Shown piece by piece: positions 43,852-52,113 of a stretch of 64,000 nt of DNA. The stretch is from a virus. Lineage: Duplodnaviria > Caudoviricetes. Location: the IMG/VR virus record IMGVR_UViG_3300013901_000014, positions 14,875 to 78,874 of that record; one strand, 5' to 3'. A program made the translations under genes and the position numbers. The first letter of the stretch is position 1, and every line of letters begins with the position of its first letter. The notes beneath the pieces are model-generated. The model did not search any database and was not told the origin of the DNA. It worked only from the letters and a program-made list of their open reading frames with translations.

Positions 43852-46156
43852 GCGCAAGTATAACCAAACCCATCTGCGCAACCTCGCGCAATATCAGGCG
43901 GAGATTACGCGCATATTCGAGGACGTGGCCCAGGAGGCCGCGCGCCTCGGCGTGACCCTTGACGCCCCCGGTGGGCGGATGCTTTCCTTCAACGACCTGC
44001 CCGCTGCCAAGCGCCGCGTCAACGCCATGCTTAAGGCCATGCGCAAGCGGCTGGAGGCGGCGGTGGTCAACGGCATAGACGCGGAGTGGGCGCTCGCCAA
44101 CGGCAAGAACGATGCCGTCGTCGAGCAGATAGCGGCTGCGGGGCTGACGAAGGGCGACACGAAGGTCTACTTCAACAGCCACGCTGCCGCCCTCAAGGCG
44201 TTCAAGGCACGCAAGACGGCGGGCATAGGGCTGAGCCGCCGCGTGTGGAACCTTACGCAGCAGTACAAGAGCGAGCTCGAGATGGCGCTCGACTGCGGCA
44301 TCCGCGACGGGCTGTCGGCACAGGAGATGGCCCGGCAGCTGAAGCAGTACCTGAATTATCCCGACAAGCTGTTCAGGCGGGTGAGGGACGAGCACGGGGT
44401 GCTCCAGCTGAGCAAGGCGGCTGCGGCGTTCCACCCGGGCCGCGGCGTGTACCGCAGCAGCCACAAGAATGCGCTGCGTCTGGCCGGCACCGAGACGAAC
44501 ATCGCCTACCGCACGGCCGACCACGAGCGCGTCCAGGCCCTCGATTTCGTCCTCGGCATAAAAATCGTACTGAGCAACAACCACACCATCCGCAACAGCA
44601 AGGGCCAGCGGGTGCCGCTGACCGACATCTGCGACGAGCTGGCGGGCAGCTACCCCAAGGGCTTCAAGTTCACGGGGTGGCATCCGAACTGCCGCTGCCA
44701 TACCGAGACAATCCTCCTGAGCGGTGCGGACTTCGAGAACTTCATCAAGGCCAAGCGCGAGGGGCGGGCCTACGACATCACCAAGGCCAGGGGCTACGTG
44801 GCCGAGCCACCCGCGGCATTCAAGGCCTGGGTGAAGGGCAACGCGGGGCGCATTGCCGCAGCGGCCAAGGCGGGCACCACGCCCTACTTCATCAAGGACA
44901 ACCAGGGGGCCGTGGACGCGCTGCTCGGCCAGTCCAAGGCGGCATCGAAGCCCGCGGCGTCGACCCAACCCGCACAGGTTGCAAAGGAGCCAACCGAGAT
45001 TGAGGCATTGGCCAAGAGGCTGGGCATCGAGGCAGGCGAGCCGATGACGCATGAGCAGGCAAACACCATGAGGCCGAACCCCCACTTCCAGGAGGATGAG
45101 CAATATCAAATCAACTGCCAAAGCGCGGTCGTGACATACGAGCTGCGCCGCCGCGGCCTGGATATTGAGGCGTTCGGAAATCCGGGCTCACCGGATTACG
45201 CACCCAGATGGCTGTCATACAACACGCGCGCCGCATGGCTTACGGACGATGGCAAGCTCCCCGAATGGATATATCGCGTGAGAGAAGTGAAGGGGTGGAC
45301 CGCGGACAAACTTGGACGGGCGCGGCGCACATACGAGAAGCCCGATGAGGTATGGCTGGACTTCGCAGATAAGACTAAGGCGCCGGGGCGCTATCACATC
45401 AGCTGGACCTGGAAAAATGAAAGAGCGGGTCACATAATAACGATGGAAGTCAGCGAGAAAGGCCGCCGAAGTTTTTATGACCCGCAGACGGGCCAAAACT
45501 CAAGGACCATCATCACGTGGCTCATGGATGGCCGCAAATGCCGGATTGACCTGGACAAAGGCATCTGGGGCTACCGGGTAGACAACGCCCACCCGAATGC
45601 CGAGATTGTAAGGGGCGTTGTCAAGAAGGCGGGGTCGAAGGCGAAGACGCCAAAGATCAGCGCCGAGGCGAAGGACGCATTCCTCAAGCTCCAAAACGGG
45701 AAGAACTGGACGCAGGCGGGGGCAACATCGCAAGTTGGGGCAGGAAGGGATCCGGGTATATTTCAGAAACAAAAAGAGGTCAGAAAAGACAGAAGCAAAT
45801 TTGTGACTTCTGTATTAAAAGATTGTCCAGGTACAAAAACGGGTAAACTTTGGCATAATGGCCAGTCAAGAAAAGCCGTTATCGCACATTTGCGCCACGA
45901 GGAGGAAATCCCCGCGGCGGAATATGCGTGGAGCAATCCGCAAGAGCTGCATTTCGTCAAAAAAAGTCCATTAGGAGAGGGAAAAGACATGTCGACAGAG
46001 AAAGCGCAAAATAACATTGCACGAAAAACAGCACGCGGGGTGCAATATTATAACTTGTACGAATTTGAGTTCAACGGGAAAACATGGCACATGAAAATGG
46101 AGGTCATACAAAAAGGGGCGGCTCTTTTTGAGCAGTTTTACAGTTTAGTCCCATAG
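43802..46156 (+). CDS. MuF-like minor head protein with papain-fold toxin domain and C-terminal BECR/LPD3-like domain
   Basis: WHPNCRCHTE (MuF); NCQSAVVTYELRRRG...GHII...YDPQTG (Cys-His-Asp papain fold); AT-richer last ~150 aa with YNLYEFEF...MKME; ATG 43802. Confidence 0.85.
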   Translation: MTEEERRAQRARIAAIERKYNQTHLRNLAQYQAEITRIFEDVAQEAARLGVTLDAPGGRMLSFNDLPAAKRRVNAMLKAMRKRLEAAVVNGIDAEWALANGKNDAVVEQIAAAGLTKGDTKVYFNSHAAALKAFKARKTAGIGLSRRVWNLTQQYKSELEMALDCGIRDGLSAQEMARQLKQYLNYPDKLFRRVRDEHGVLQLSKAAAAFHPGRGVYRSSHKNALRLAGTETNIAYRTADHERVQALDFVLGIKIVLSNNHTIRNSKGQRVPLTDICDELAGSYPKGFKFTGWHPNCRCHTETILLSGADFENFIKAKREGRAYDITKARGYVAEPPAAFKAWVKGNAGRIAAAAKAGTTPYFIKDNQGAVDALLGQSKAASKPAASTQPAQVAKEPTEIEALAKRLGIEAGEPMTHEQANTMRPNPHFQEDEQYQINCQSAVVTYELRRRGLDIEAFGNPGSPDYAPRWLSYNTRAAWLTDDGKLPEWIYRVREVKGWTADKLGRARRTYEKPDEVWLDFADKTKAPGRYHISWTWKNERAGHIITMEVSEKGRRSFYDPQTGQNSRTIITWLMDGRKCRIDLDKGIWGYRVDNAHPNAEIVRGVVKKAGSKAKTPKISAEAKDAFLKLQNGKNWTQAGATSQVGAGRDPGIFQKQKEVRKDRSKFVTSVLKDCPGTKTGKLWHNGQSRKAVIAHLRHEEEIPAAEYAWSNPQELHFVKKSPLGEGKDMSTEKAQNNIARKTARGVQYYNLYEFEFNGKTWHMKMEVIQKGAALFEQFYSLVP

Positions 46157-46158
46157 GC

Positions 46159-46227
46159 ATAAAAAATCCCAGTCCCTGCCCACTTAAGAGCCGGCGCGTT
46201 CATACCCACGCCTTGCGACTGAGATTC
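46159..46227 (-). ncRNA. Candidate antisense three-way-junction RNA after the MuF toxin gene
   Basis: 10-bp outer stem 46217-46226/46165-46174 (G-U only on minus), two inner hairpins, U-tract 46161-46166. Confidence 0.6.
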
Positions 46228-46233
46228 TCAGTG

Positions 46234-46241
46234 CAAAAGTA
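46234..46241 (-). promoter_or_regulatory. -7 box of antisense promoter
   Basis: CAAAAGTA = TACTTTTG on minus, 7 nt from the start of the structured element. Confidence 0.6.
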
Positions 46242-46286
46242 GTACTTTTTTTCGACCCACGAAACAATCAGTATCAAAAAAAGTAT

Positions 46287-46294
46287 TAAATTTG
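46287..46294 (+). promoter_or_regulatory. -7 box for a two-gene moron
   Basis: TAAATTTG 33 nt before ATG 46327. Confidence 0.55.
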
Positions 46295-46326
46295 CCCTGC
46301 TATAAAACATTTAACAACATTTTGGC

Positions 46327-46473
46327 ATGGAAGATTTTAAGAACAAAGTGGCGGAGCTGGCCGAAATCCTGCTCCAGATGAAATGGGCGTATCCCAACGG
46401 GTATCAACAGCTGCTGCGTGAGGCCCAAAGGCTTTTCGAGGAATTGTCCGACCCCAGCGGCTGGGAGGAGTAA
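46327..46473 (+). CDS. 48-aa protein (AYPNGYQQLL motif)
   Basis: Translated by hand: MEDFKNKVAELAEILLQMKWAYPNGYQQLLREAQRLFEELSDPSGWEE; not in ORF track. Confidence 0.65.
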   Translation: MEDFKNKVAELAEILLQMKWAYPNGYQQLLREAQRLFEELSDPSGWEE

Positions 46474-46499
46474 AGCCACCACGAACACGGCAAACAAAA

Positions 46500-46727
46500 A
46501 TGGAAGAAGAAAAAACAATCATGCGCGAGCGCCTGGAGGATTTAAGGCTCGCAATTTCATGGCGCGACATTGCAAACCGATATTTTAGCAAATCGGCCTC
46601 CTGGCTGTACCACAAGCTCGACGGCATCGATAGCAAAGGCGGTTTTACCGAGGAGGAGGCGGAGCAGCTGAAGCGCGCGCTTTACGACCTTTCGGACCGG
46701 ATAAGAGCCGCCGCCGATAAGATATGA
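46500..46727 (+). CDS. DUF5053-like HTH protein
   Basis: ISWRDIANRYFSKSASWLYHKLDGID...FTEEEAEQLKRALYDLSDRI. Confidence 0.8.
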   Translation: MEEEKTIMRERLEDLRLAISWRDIANRYFSKSASWLYHKLDGIDSKGGFTEEEAEQLKRALYDLSDRIRAAADKI

Positions 46728-46768
46728 CAACATCGCCCACCGGTGGGCAAAATAAAAAAAAACACATT

Positions 46769-47185
46769 ATGAGAAAAATCAGAGAAATCATCGTCCACTG
46801 CTCGGCCACACCCGAGGGCAAGGACTTCACCACGGCCGACATCGACCGCTGGCACAAGGCCCGCGGCTTCCGCTGCATCGGCTACCATTATGTGATTTAC
46901 AGAGACGGCAGCGTCCACCGCGGCCGCCCGGAGGCCGATGTCGGCGCGCATTGCACCGGGCACAACGCCGCGAGCATCGGCGTTTGCTACATAGGCGGCT
47001 GCGCGGCCGACGGCAGGACACCGAAGGACACCAGGACGGCAGCCCAGAAGGCCGCGCTGCTGAAACTCCTCACCGAACTCAAGCACCGCTATCCGTTAGC
47101 AACGATCCACGGGCACCGCGACTTCGCGGCCAAGGCCTGCCCGAGCTTTGACGCCACAACCGAGTATCGCTGCATAAAGGCATGA
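46769..47185 (+). CDS. N-acetylmuramoyl-L-alanine amidase endolysin (T7 lysozyme-like)
   Basis: IIVHCSAT, IGYHYVI, GAHCTGHN, HGHRDF...KACP; ATG 46769. Confidence 0.93.
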   Translation: MRKIREIIVHCSATPEGKDFTTADIDRWHKARGFRCIGYHYVIYRDGSVHRGRPEADVGAHCTGHNAASIGVCYIGGCAADGRTPKDTRTAAQKAALLKLLTELKHRYPLATIHGHRDFAAKACPSFDATTEYRCIKA

Positions 47186-47676
47186 AGAAGACAATGATTG
47201 CGGCCGTGATTGCCGCGGCCTGGGCCGGATGGTGGCTGGCCGAACGGAGGGCGGCCAGCCAAGGCGAAACCCTCGTGCGCGTTGACACCATCACACGCAC
47301 CGACACGATTATCGCCCGCGCCCCCGCGGCGCGCGGATGCACGCTGGTGAGATACATCACCGTGCGGGCGCCCGCAGTGCGCGGGGACACCGCCACAGGC
47401 GCCCACGAGGCTACGGGGGACACCGCCGAGGTGGCCCTGCCGATAACGCAGCTGCGCTACACCGACGACAGCACCTACACGGCGTGGGTGAGCGGCTACC
47501 AGCCGCGGCTCGACAGCATACGCACCTACAGGCGCACGGCCACCATCACGCGTGAAATCACGCGCCAGGCACCGCGCAGCCGCTGGGGCCTCGGCGTGCA
47601 AGCCGGCTACGGCCTGACCCCGCACGGGTTCCAGCCGTATATCGGTCTGGGTATAAATTATCGAATCGGAAAATAA
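47182..47676 (+). CDS. Rz/spanin-like envelope protein
   Basis: N-terminal hydrophobic anchor, VDTITRTDT repeats, C-terminal WGLGVQAGYG...YIGLGINY beta strands; follows endolysin. Confidence 0.65.
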   Translation: MKKTMIAAVIAAAWAGWWLAERRAASQGETLVRVDTITRTDTIIARAPAARGCTLVRYITVRAPAVRGDTATGAHEATGDTAEVALPITQLRYTDDSTYTAWVSGYQPRLDSIRTYRRTATITREITRQAPRSRWGLGVQAGYGLTPHGFQPYIGLGINYRIGK

Positions 47677-47687
47677 AAAAGAGAAAA

Positions 47688-47915
47688 ATGAAGCAGAAAT
47701 ATTTGCAAGAAGCAAAAAAGATGGCCCGGAATTTGGGCTATCACGACGCGGTGCGCCGCGGCACCTGGAACGGCTACGAAGTGGTCGCTCCGGTATTCAC
47801 CGACAACGAGATGCACATCATCGGCCTGCCGCAATACATCCTTTACAAGGACGGCAAGCTGAACTGGACCAAAGGCATGGAGGGGCTCAAAATCATGAGT
47901 GCGCTGATGGGTTAA
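47688..47915 (+). CDS. Small protein, candidate immunity protein for the papain-fold toxin
   Basis: GTWNGYEVVAPVF...GLPQYILYKDG resembles small genes seen beside papain-toxin MuF genes (recall, unverified). Confidence 0.55.
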   Translation: MKQKYLQEAKKMARNLGYHDAVRRGTWNGYEVVAPVFTDNEMHIIGLPQYILYKDGKLNWTKGMEGLKIMSALMG

Positions 47916-47968
47916 CCACATTATTAACAACGTAGCAATGTAAAAGTTATGAAAATTATGTATTTGCA

Positions 47969-47998
47969 TTGAAAATCGAAAAATTATCTGTATATTTG
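47969..47998 (+). promoter_or_regulatory. Promoter for scaffold/capsid operon
   Basis: TTG 47969-47971, 19-nt spacer, TATATTTG 47991-47998. Confidence 0.6.
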
Positions 47999-48021
47999 CC
48001 GAAAACAAACGTTTGCACAAA

Positions 48022-48726
48022 ATGAGATACCGACAACTAATCATCGACACGCTCAAAGCCAATTTCAAGGGGGTGAGCGACAAGATCATCGGCAGACTTG
48101 CCGACAAGCTGGCCGCGAAGGCCGCGACCGAGGAAGACGCGAAAGCAGCCGCCGAGGCGGTGACATTCCAGCAGGTGCTGGACAGCTATGGCGACAGCCG
48201 CGCCACCGAGGCCAGCATTACCGCGGTCAAGAACTATGAAAGCAAGTACGGCCTCAAGGACGGGGTCTCAACGGCCAATGAGGGGGACGGCAAAGAGGAC
48301 CCCGCCAGCACCATCAAGAAGGATAAGCAGCCCAAGGGAGCGGACGACATGCCCGCATGGGCGCAGGCCCTCATCGACAGCAACAAGAAGCTGAGCGAGG
48401 ACCTCGCGAACATGAAGCGTGGCAAGGTAACCGAGACCAGACAGGCACAGCTCGCAGAGATAACCTCGAAGCTGCCCGAGAACCTGCGCAAGGCATACGC
48501 GCGCACACCCCTCGACAAGCTCACAGACGAGGAGTTCGAGACACTCAAGGGCGACATCACCACCGAGGTGAGCGGCCTGCAGACCGAGCTCGCAGCGAAG
48601 GGCGCGATCTTCGGAAAGCCCGCAGCCAACCACGGAGGCGGCGGAGGCGCCGAGCTGACCAAGGAGCAGCAGGCGGCAATCGCACACCGCGAGGGCCTGC
48701 CCACGGCCGACAACCAGCCCTTCTGA
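48022..48726 (+). CDS. Capsid scaffolding protein, phage B
   Basis: DDMPAWAQALID motif, coiled coil, upstream of head genes; ATG 48022. Confidence 0.75.
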   Translation: MRYRQLIIDTLKANFKGVSDKIIGRLADKLAAKAATEEDAKAAAEAVTFQQVLDSYGDSRATEASITAVKNYESKYGLKDGVSTANEGDGKEDPASTIKKDKQPKGADDMPAWAQALIDSNKKLSEDLANMKRGKVTETRQAQLAEITSKLPENLRKAYARTPLDKLTDEEFETLKGDITTEVSGLQTELAAKGAIFGKPAANHGGGGGAELTKEQQAAIAHREGLPTADNQPF

Positions 48727-48766
48727 GAAATCCACAATTCGTTTAACCCAAAAAACAATCATCAAC

Positions 48767-49354
48767 ATGGCAATGACTGTGAAGCGCAGAAAGGACTCGG
48801 CAACGAGACCGATTTTTGTGCACAAGATAGCAGACGTGCGCGGCGGCGTTTCTGTCGCCACCAGCGACCTCGCGGGCAACTACCTCGCCGAGGGCGCGCC
48901 GCTGTATTACGCCGATGGCAAATGGCACGCTCTGAAGTATGCCCGCGTAATCGAAAAATCGACTACGACCGACGTCAAGGTCGAGAAGACGCACAACCTC
49001 AAGACGGGCGATGTGCTTTTGGCTACCATCGACAATGGCAGCAGCGGCAGCGTCACCAAGATAGACACCAGCAAATCGGCCTACGACACCATCACGTTGT
49101 CGGCGGCCCTCGGTACGCTTGAGGCAGGCGCGGTGCTGCTTGAGGCAGGCGCGGTGCTGCTTGAGGCAGGCAATGCGCAGGAACAAGCAGAGCTCTCCAC
49201 CCTGAAGCACACCATCGACGCCCTGAACGGCACCGGCAACTTTTTCCCACCCAACAGCAACGTCATCACCGACGCATGGCTCATCGGCGTAATCAAAGAC
49301 CCCGGCTTCCCTGCCGATGCCCTGCCAAAGGGTATCACCAAGTATCCATTCTAA
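48767..49354 (+). CDS. Head decoration-like protein
   Basis: 195 aa between scaffold and capsid. Confidence 0.65.
   Translation: MAMTVKRRKDSATRPIFVHKIADVRGGVSVATSDLAGNYLAEGAPLYYADGKWHALKYARVIEKSTTTDVKVEKTHNLKTGDVLLATIDNGSSGSVTKIDTSKSAYDTITLSAALGTLEAGAVLLEAGAVLLEAGNAQEQAELSTLKHTIDALNGTGNFFPPNSNVITDAWLIGVIKDPGFPADALPKGITKYPF
49117..49171 (+). repeat. Perfect 21-bp tandem repeat, 2.6 copies
   Basis: GCTTGAGGCAGGCGCGGTGCT x2 + 13-bp partial; encodes LEAGAVL repeats. Confidence 0.95.
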
Positions 49355-49369
49355 AAATCCGATTTTGAC

Positions 49370-50464
49370 ATGGAAGGAACAGTTATTAACACCCTCATAC
49401 ACGGGCTCTCGCAGCAGATGGTCCAGGCGCGCCTGAACACCGCCGACGCGAAGCCCTTCCTGTTTGGCACCCACTTCCCGGTGAAGAAGGTGAACGGCTT
49501 CAATTGGCGCACCCTCGAGAACCAGGTGGGCCGCGCCCACGTAGCCGCCGACCTGCACGCCGACAACGGCACCATCGTGCGCAAACACCGCCCTCTGTTC
49601 GCCAGCGCCAAGGGCGACATCCCCTTTATTGCCATCAGCCGCGAGATGAAGCGCTCGGAGCTGAAAGAGTATCAGACCGCCCTCGCATTCGCCCAGGACA
49701 GCGACGCGACCGCCCTCGTGGAGTACTGGGGCAATGACATCGATTTCTGCTTTGACGGCGTTCAGAGCGAGCTCGAATTCATCGCCTGGCAGGTATTCAG
49801 CAAGGCCGGCAAGCTGCATTTCACCACCTCGAACAACGCGACCTTCGCCAACGAGTTCGACCTCGACTACGACGTCGACTCCGAGTTCAAGGTGAAGGCC
49901 GCCACCAAATGGAGCGAAGCAGCCAACGCCGACGTGATAGGCGACCTCGTGAAAATCATCAAGAACGGCAAGGCCGCGGGGCTCAACCCCAAGTTTGCAT
50001 TTGTCAGCCTTGACGAGTTCTACAAGATAGCCAGCAGCGACCAGATCATCAAGGCCTGCGCCAGCTACCTCACCAACGCGGTGGGTATTTCGCAGACCCC
50101 GGACCTCGCCAGCGTCAACTCGATGCTTGCGCGCCAGGCATGGCTCAACGGCCTCCAGCTCCGCGTGATTGACCAGAGCATCACCCGCGAGCTCCTCGAC
50201 GGCTCCGTGTCAAGCGGCAACCCATTCGAGGATAACGTGATTGTGCTCACCGAGAGCGAGCAGCTGGGCCGCACGCAGTACGACATCCTGACCGAGGACA
50301 ACCCGGCGGTTATCCGCGCCGAGCGCGCCCACACGGTCATCAAGAAGTATGGCACGACCGAGCCCACGGCTGAGATCACCATCGGCCAGGCCGATGCGAT
50401 ACCCGTGCTTGACACAGCCTACCGCAACATCTATGTGCGCACCGACGGCACGGAATGGCAATAA
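49370..50464 (+). CDS. Major capsid protein, phage B (lambda gpE-like)
   Basis: 364 aa, very strong codon bias, GDIPFIAISREM, KWSEAANADVIGDL. Confidence 0.85.
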   Translation: MEGTVINTLIHGLSQQMVQARLNTADAKPFLFGTHFPVKKVNGFNWRTLENQVGRAHVAADLHADNGTIVRKHRPLFASAKGDIPFIAISREMKRSELKEYQTALAFAQDSDATALVEYWGNDIDFCFDGVQSELEFIAWQVFSKAGKLHFTTSNNATFANEFDLDYDVDSEFKVKAATKWSEAANADVIGDLVKIIKNGKAAGLNPKFAFVSLDEFYKIASSDQIIKACASYLTNAVGISQTPDLASVNSMLARQAWLNGLQLRVIDQSITRELLDGSVSSGNPFEDNVIVLTESEQLGRTQYDILTEDNPAVIRAERAHTVIKKYGTTEPTAEITIGQADAIPVLDTAYRNIYVRTDGTEWQ

Positions 50465-50493
50465 TTAAGCATTAACCGGCAAAGCAGCGAGCA

Positions 50494-50823
50494 ATGACCA
50501 TTATCAGCGCAATCCAAAGTCTCACGGCATACCCGGTGCCCCACGAGCTGCTGGCGGCGATAGCCCTCAGGCACGGCTTCAGCCCAACGACCGAAGCCAG
50601 CGAGGAGGACCTCGCCAGTAGCCGCATGAGGCTCGCCACAGCGGACCTGTACCTATGGCTCGCCAAGGCCCCGAATGTGAGCCAGGGCGGCCAGTCGTAC
50701 AGCTTCAGCGACGAGCAGCGGGCCGACTTCCGCCGATGGGCGCAAGCCATCTATTCAGAGCTTGCCCCGGAGGAGAAGATGGCCGCGGGCATTGTGTACG
50801 GCTACAAAGGCAGCAGACTATGA
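50494..50823 (+). CDS. Head-tail connector
   Basis: APNVSQGGQSYSFS motif, position after capsid. Confidence 0.7.
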   Translation: MTIISAIQSLTAYPVPHELLAAIALRHGFSPTTEASEEDLASSRMRLATADLYLWLAKAPNVSQGGQSYSFSDEQRADFRRWAQAIYSELAPEEKMAAGIVYGYKGSRL

Positions 50824-51218
50824 TCATCGCGAACGGGCATATCGAGGTATTGCAGACCACCGGCGCGGCAGTGGCCAACGGCGGCAGCGCCCTGACCATT
50901 GACGGCCGCCCGGTAACCGCGACAGGCGCCGGCGCCCTCGACGGGGACGGCTACCCGGTGGCCGTGCCGGCCGCATACGGCGAGCCGATACCATGCCAAA
51001 TTGTCCCCGTAAAAGTCGACAGGCTGGCCAAGAATGACGGCGAGCGCGTGAAGGCGGAGGCATACGAGCTATATGTGGCCATGGGCGACATGCCCGGTGA
51101 CATACGCATTTTGCGCCTGACGTGGCACGGCCGCGACCTCGGCAAGTTCAGCGTCACCAGCATCGAGCCGCTGGCCGCAGTCCAGCAGGTTAAAATCCAG
51201 GTAAGCCATGCCGATTAA
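50820..51218 (+). CDS. Head closure/stopper protein
   Basis: ATG 50820 overlapping previous stop; position. Confidence 0.6.
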   Translation: MIIANGHIEVLQTTGAAVANGGSALTIDGRPVTATGAGALDGDGYPVAVPAAYGEPIPCQIVPVKVDRLAKNDGERVKAEAYELYVAMGDMPGDIRILRLTWHGRDLGKFSVTSIEPLAAVQQVKIQVSHAD

Positions 51219-51675
51219 GATGACCACACCGAGAGATGCCGTCAAAGAGAGCATCAACCGCTTCCTCCAGGCGGCGCGGCAAGAGTTGATCACCAGACTC
51301 GCGCACATCGGGGAGCAGGTAGTGAACGAGGCGAGGTCATACAACGGCAAAGCCTACCAGGATCAGACTGGCAACCTTCGAAGCTCGACGGGCTACGTTA
51401 TCGTGGAGGACGGGCGCGTGATAGACATCAGCGGATTCTCCCAGATACCGCCCAAGAGCGACCCGAAGGGCGAGGCCGGCAAAGGCTCGGCCACGGGCGA
51501 GGCGTATGCGAGGAGTCTCGCTGCCGGATACCCGCAGGGCATCACCCTGATCGTGGTGGCGGGCATGCAATATGCGGCTTATGTAAGCGCGCGCGGGTAC
51601 AACGTGCTCGACAGCGCGGAGGTGCTGGCCAGGCGGCTCGTGCCGGAAATGCTTAAAAAACTGACAAGCGAATGA
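51208..51675 (+). CDS. HK97 gp10-like neck protein
   Basis: YQDQTGNLRSSTGY and AGMQYAAYVSARG motifs. Confidence 0.8.
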   Translation: MPIKMTTPRDAVKESINRFLQAARQELITRLAHIGEQVVNEARSYNGKAYQDQTGNLRSSTGYVIVEDGRVIDISGFSQIPPKSDPKGEAGKGSATGEAYARSLAAGYPQGITLIVVAGMQYAAYVSARGYNVLDSAEVLARRLVPEMLKKLTSE

Positions 51676-52091
51676 GAACGGCATCACAGATAACAGGCGA
51701 CTTCTACAAGGCCCTGCGCAACGGGGCCTTGGCAAAGGAGCTGAACGGCGGAGTTTACCGCGAAGGGCTGCGGCCCGTAAGCAGCCGCCAGGAGGACGCG
51801 GTGCTGGTATTCACCCAGGGCACGGCGGGACAGCTCGACACGGGCACCATAACGGTGCTGGTTTTCGTCCCCGACATCGATAACGACGGCACCGGCTCGC
51901 TGGTGGAGGACAAGCGCCGCACCGCCGAGATTGAGGCCGCGGCCCTGAGCTGGGTGAAGGAGCTGCAGAGCGGCCTCACCGGCTACAAGACGGAGCTCGC
52001 GCAAACGATTTTAACGCTGCCCGACATTGCCATTAAGCAGCATTTCGTCAGCGTCAAAATCAATTACGAGAGCCTCGATGAATCCGATTAA
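51672..52091 (+). CDS. Tail terminator protein
   Basis: 139 aa upstream of tail tube gene. Confidence 0.65.
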   Translation: MRTASQITGDFYKALRNGALAKELNGGVYREGLRPVSSRQEDAVLVFTQGTAGQLDTGTITVLVFVPDIDNDGTGSLVEDKRRTAEIEAAALSWVKELQSGLTGYKTELAQTILTLPDIAIKQHFVSVKINYESLDESD

Positions 52092-52113
52092 TAACTAAAA
52101 AATTTCACCACAC

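Noticed and set aside
46735-46770. Palindrome GCCCACCGGTGGGC + A-tract as terminator
   Set aside because: No loop, and the A-tract follows the stem on the plus strand; more likely the A-rich translation leader of the amidase
13771-49171. CRISPR array (23-bp, 10-bp and 21-bp repeats)
   Set aside because: Repeats are tandem or nearly adjacent without unique ~30-40-bp spacers; no cas genes
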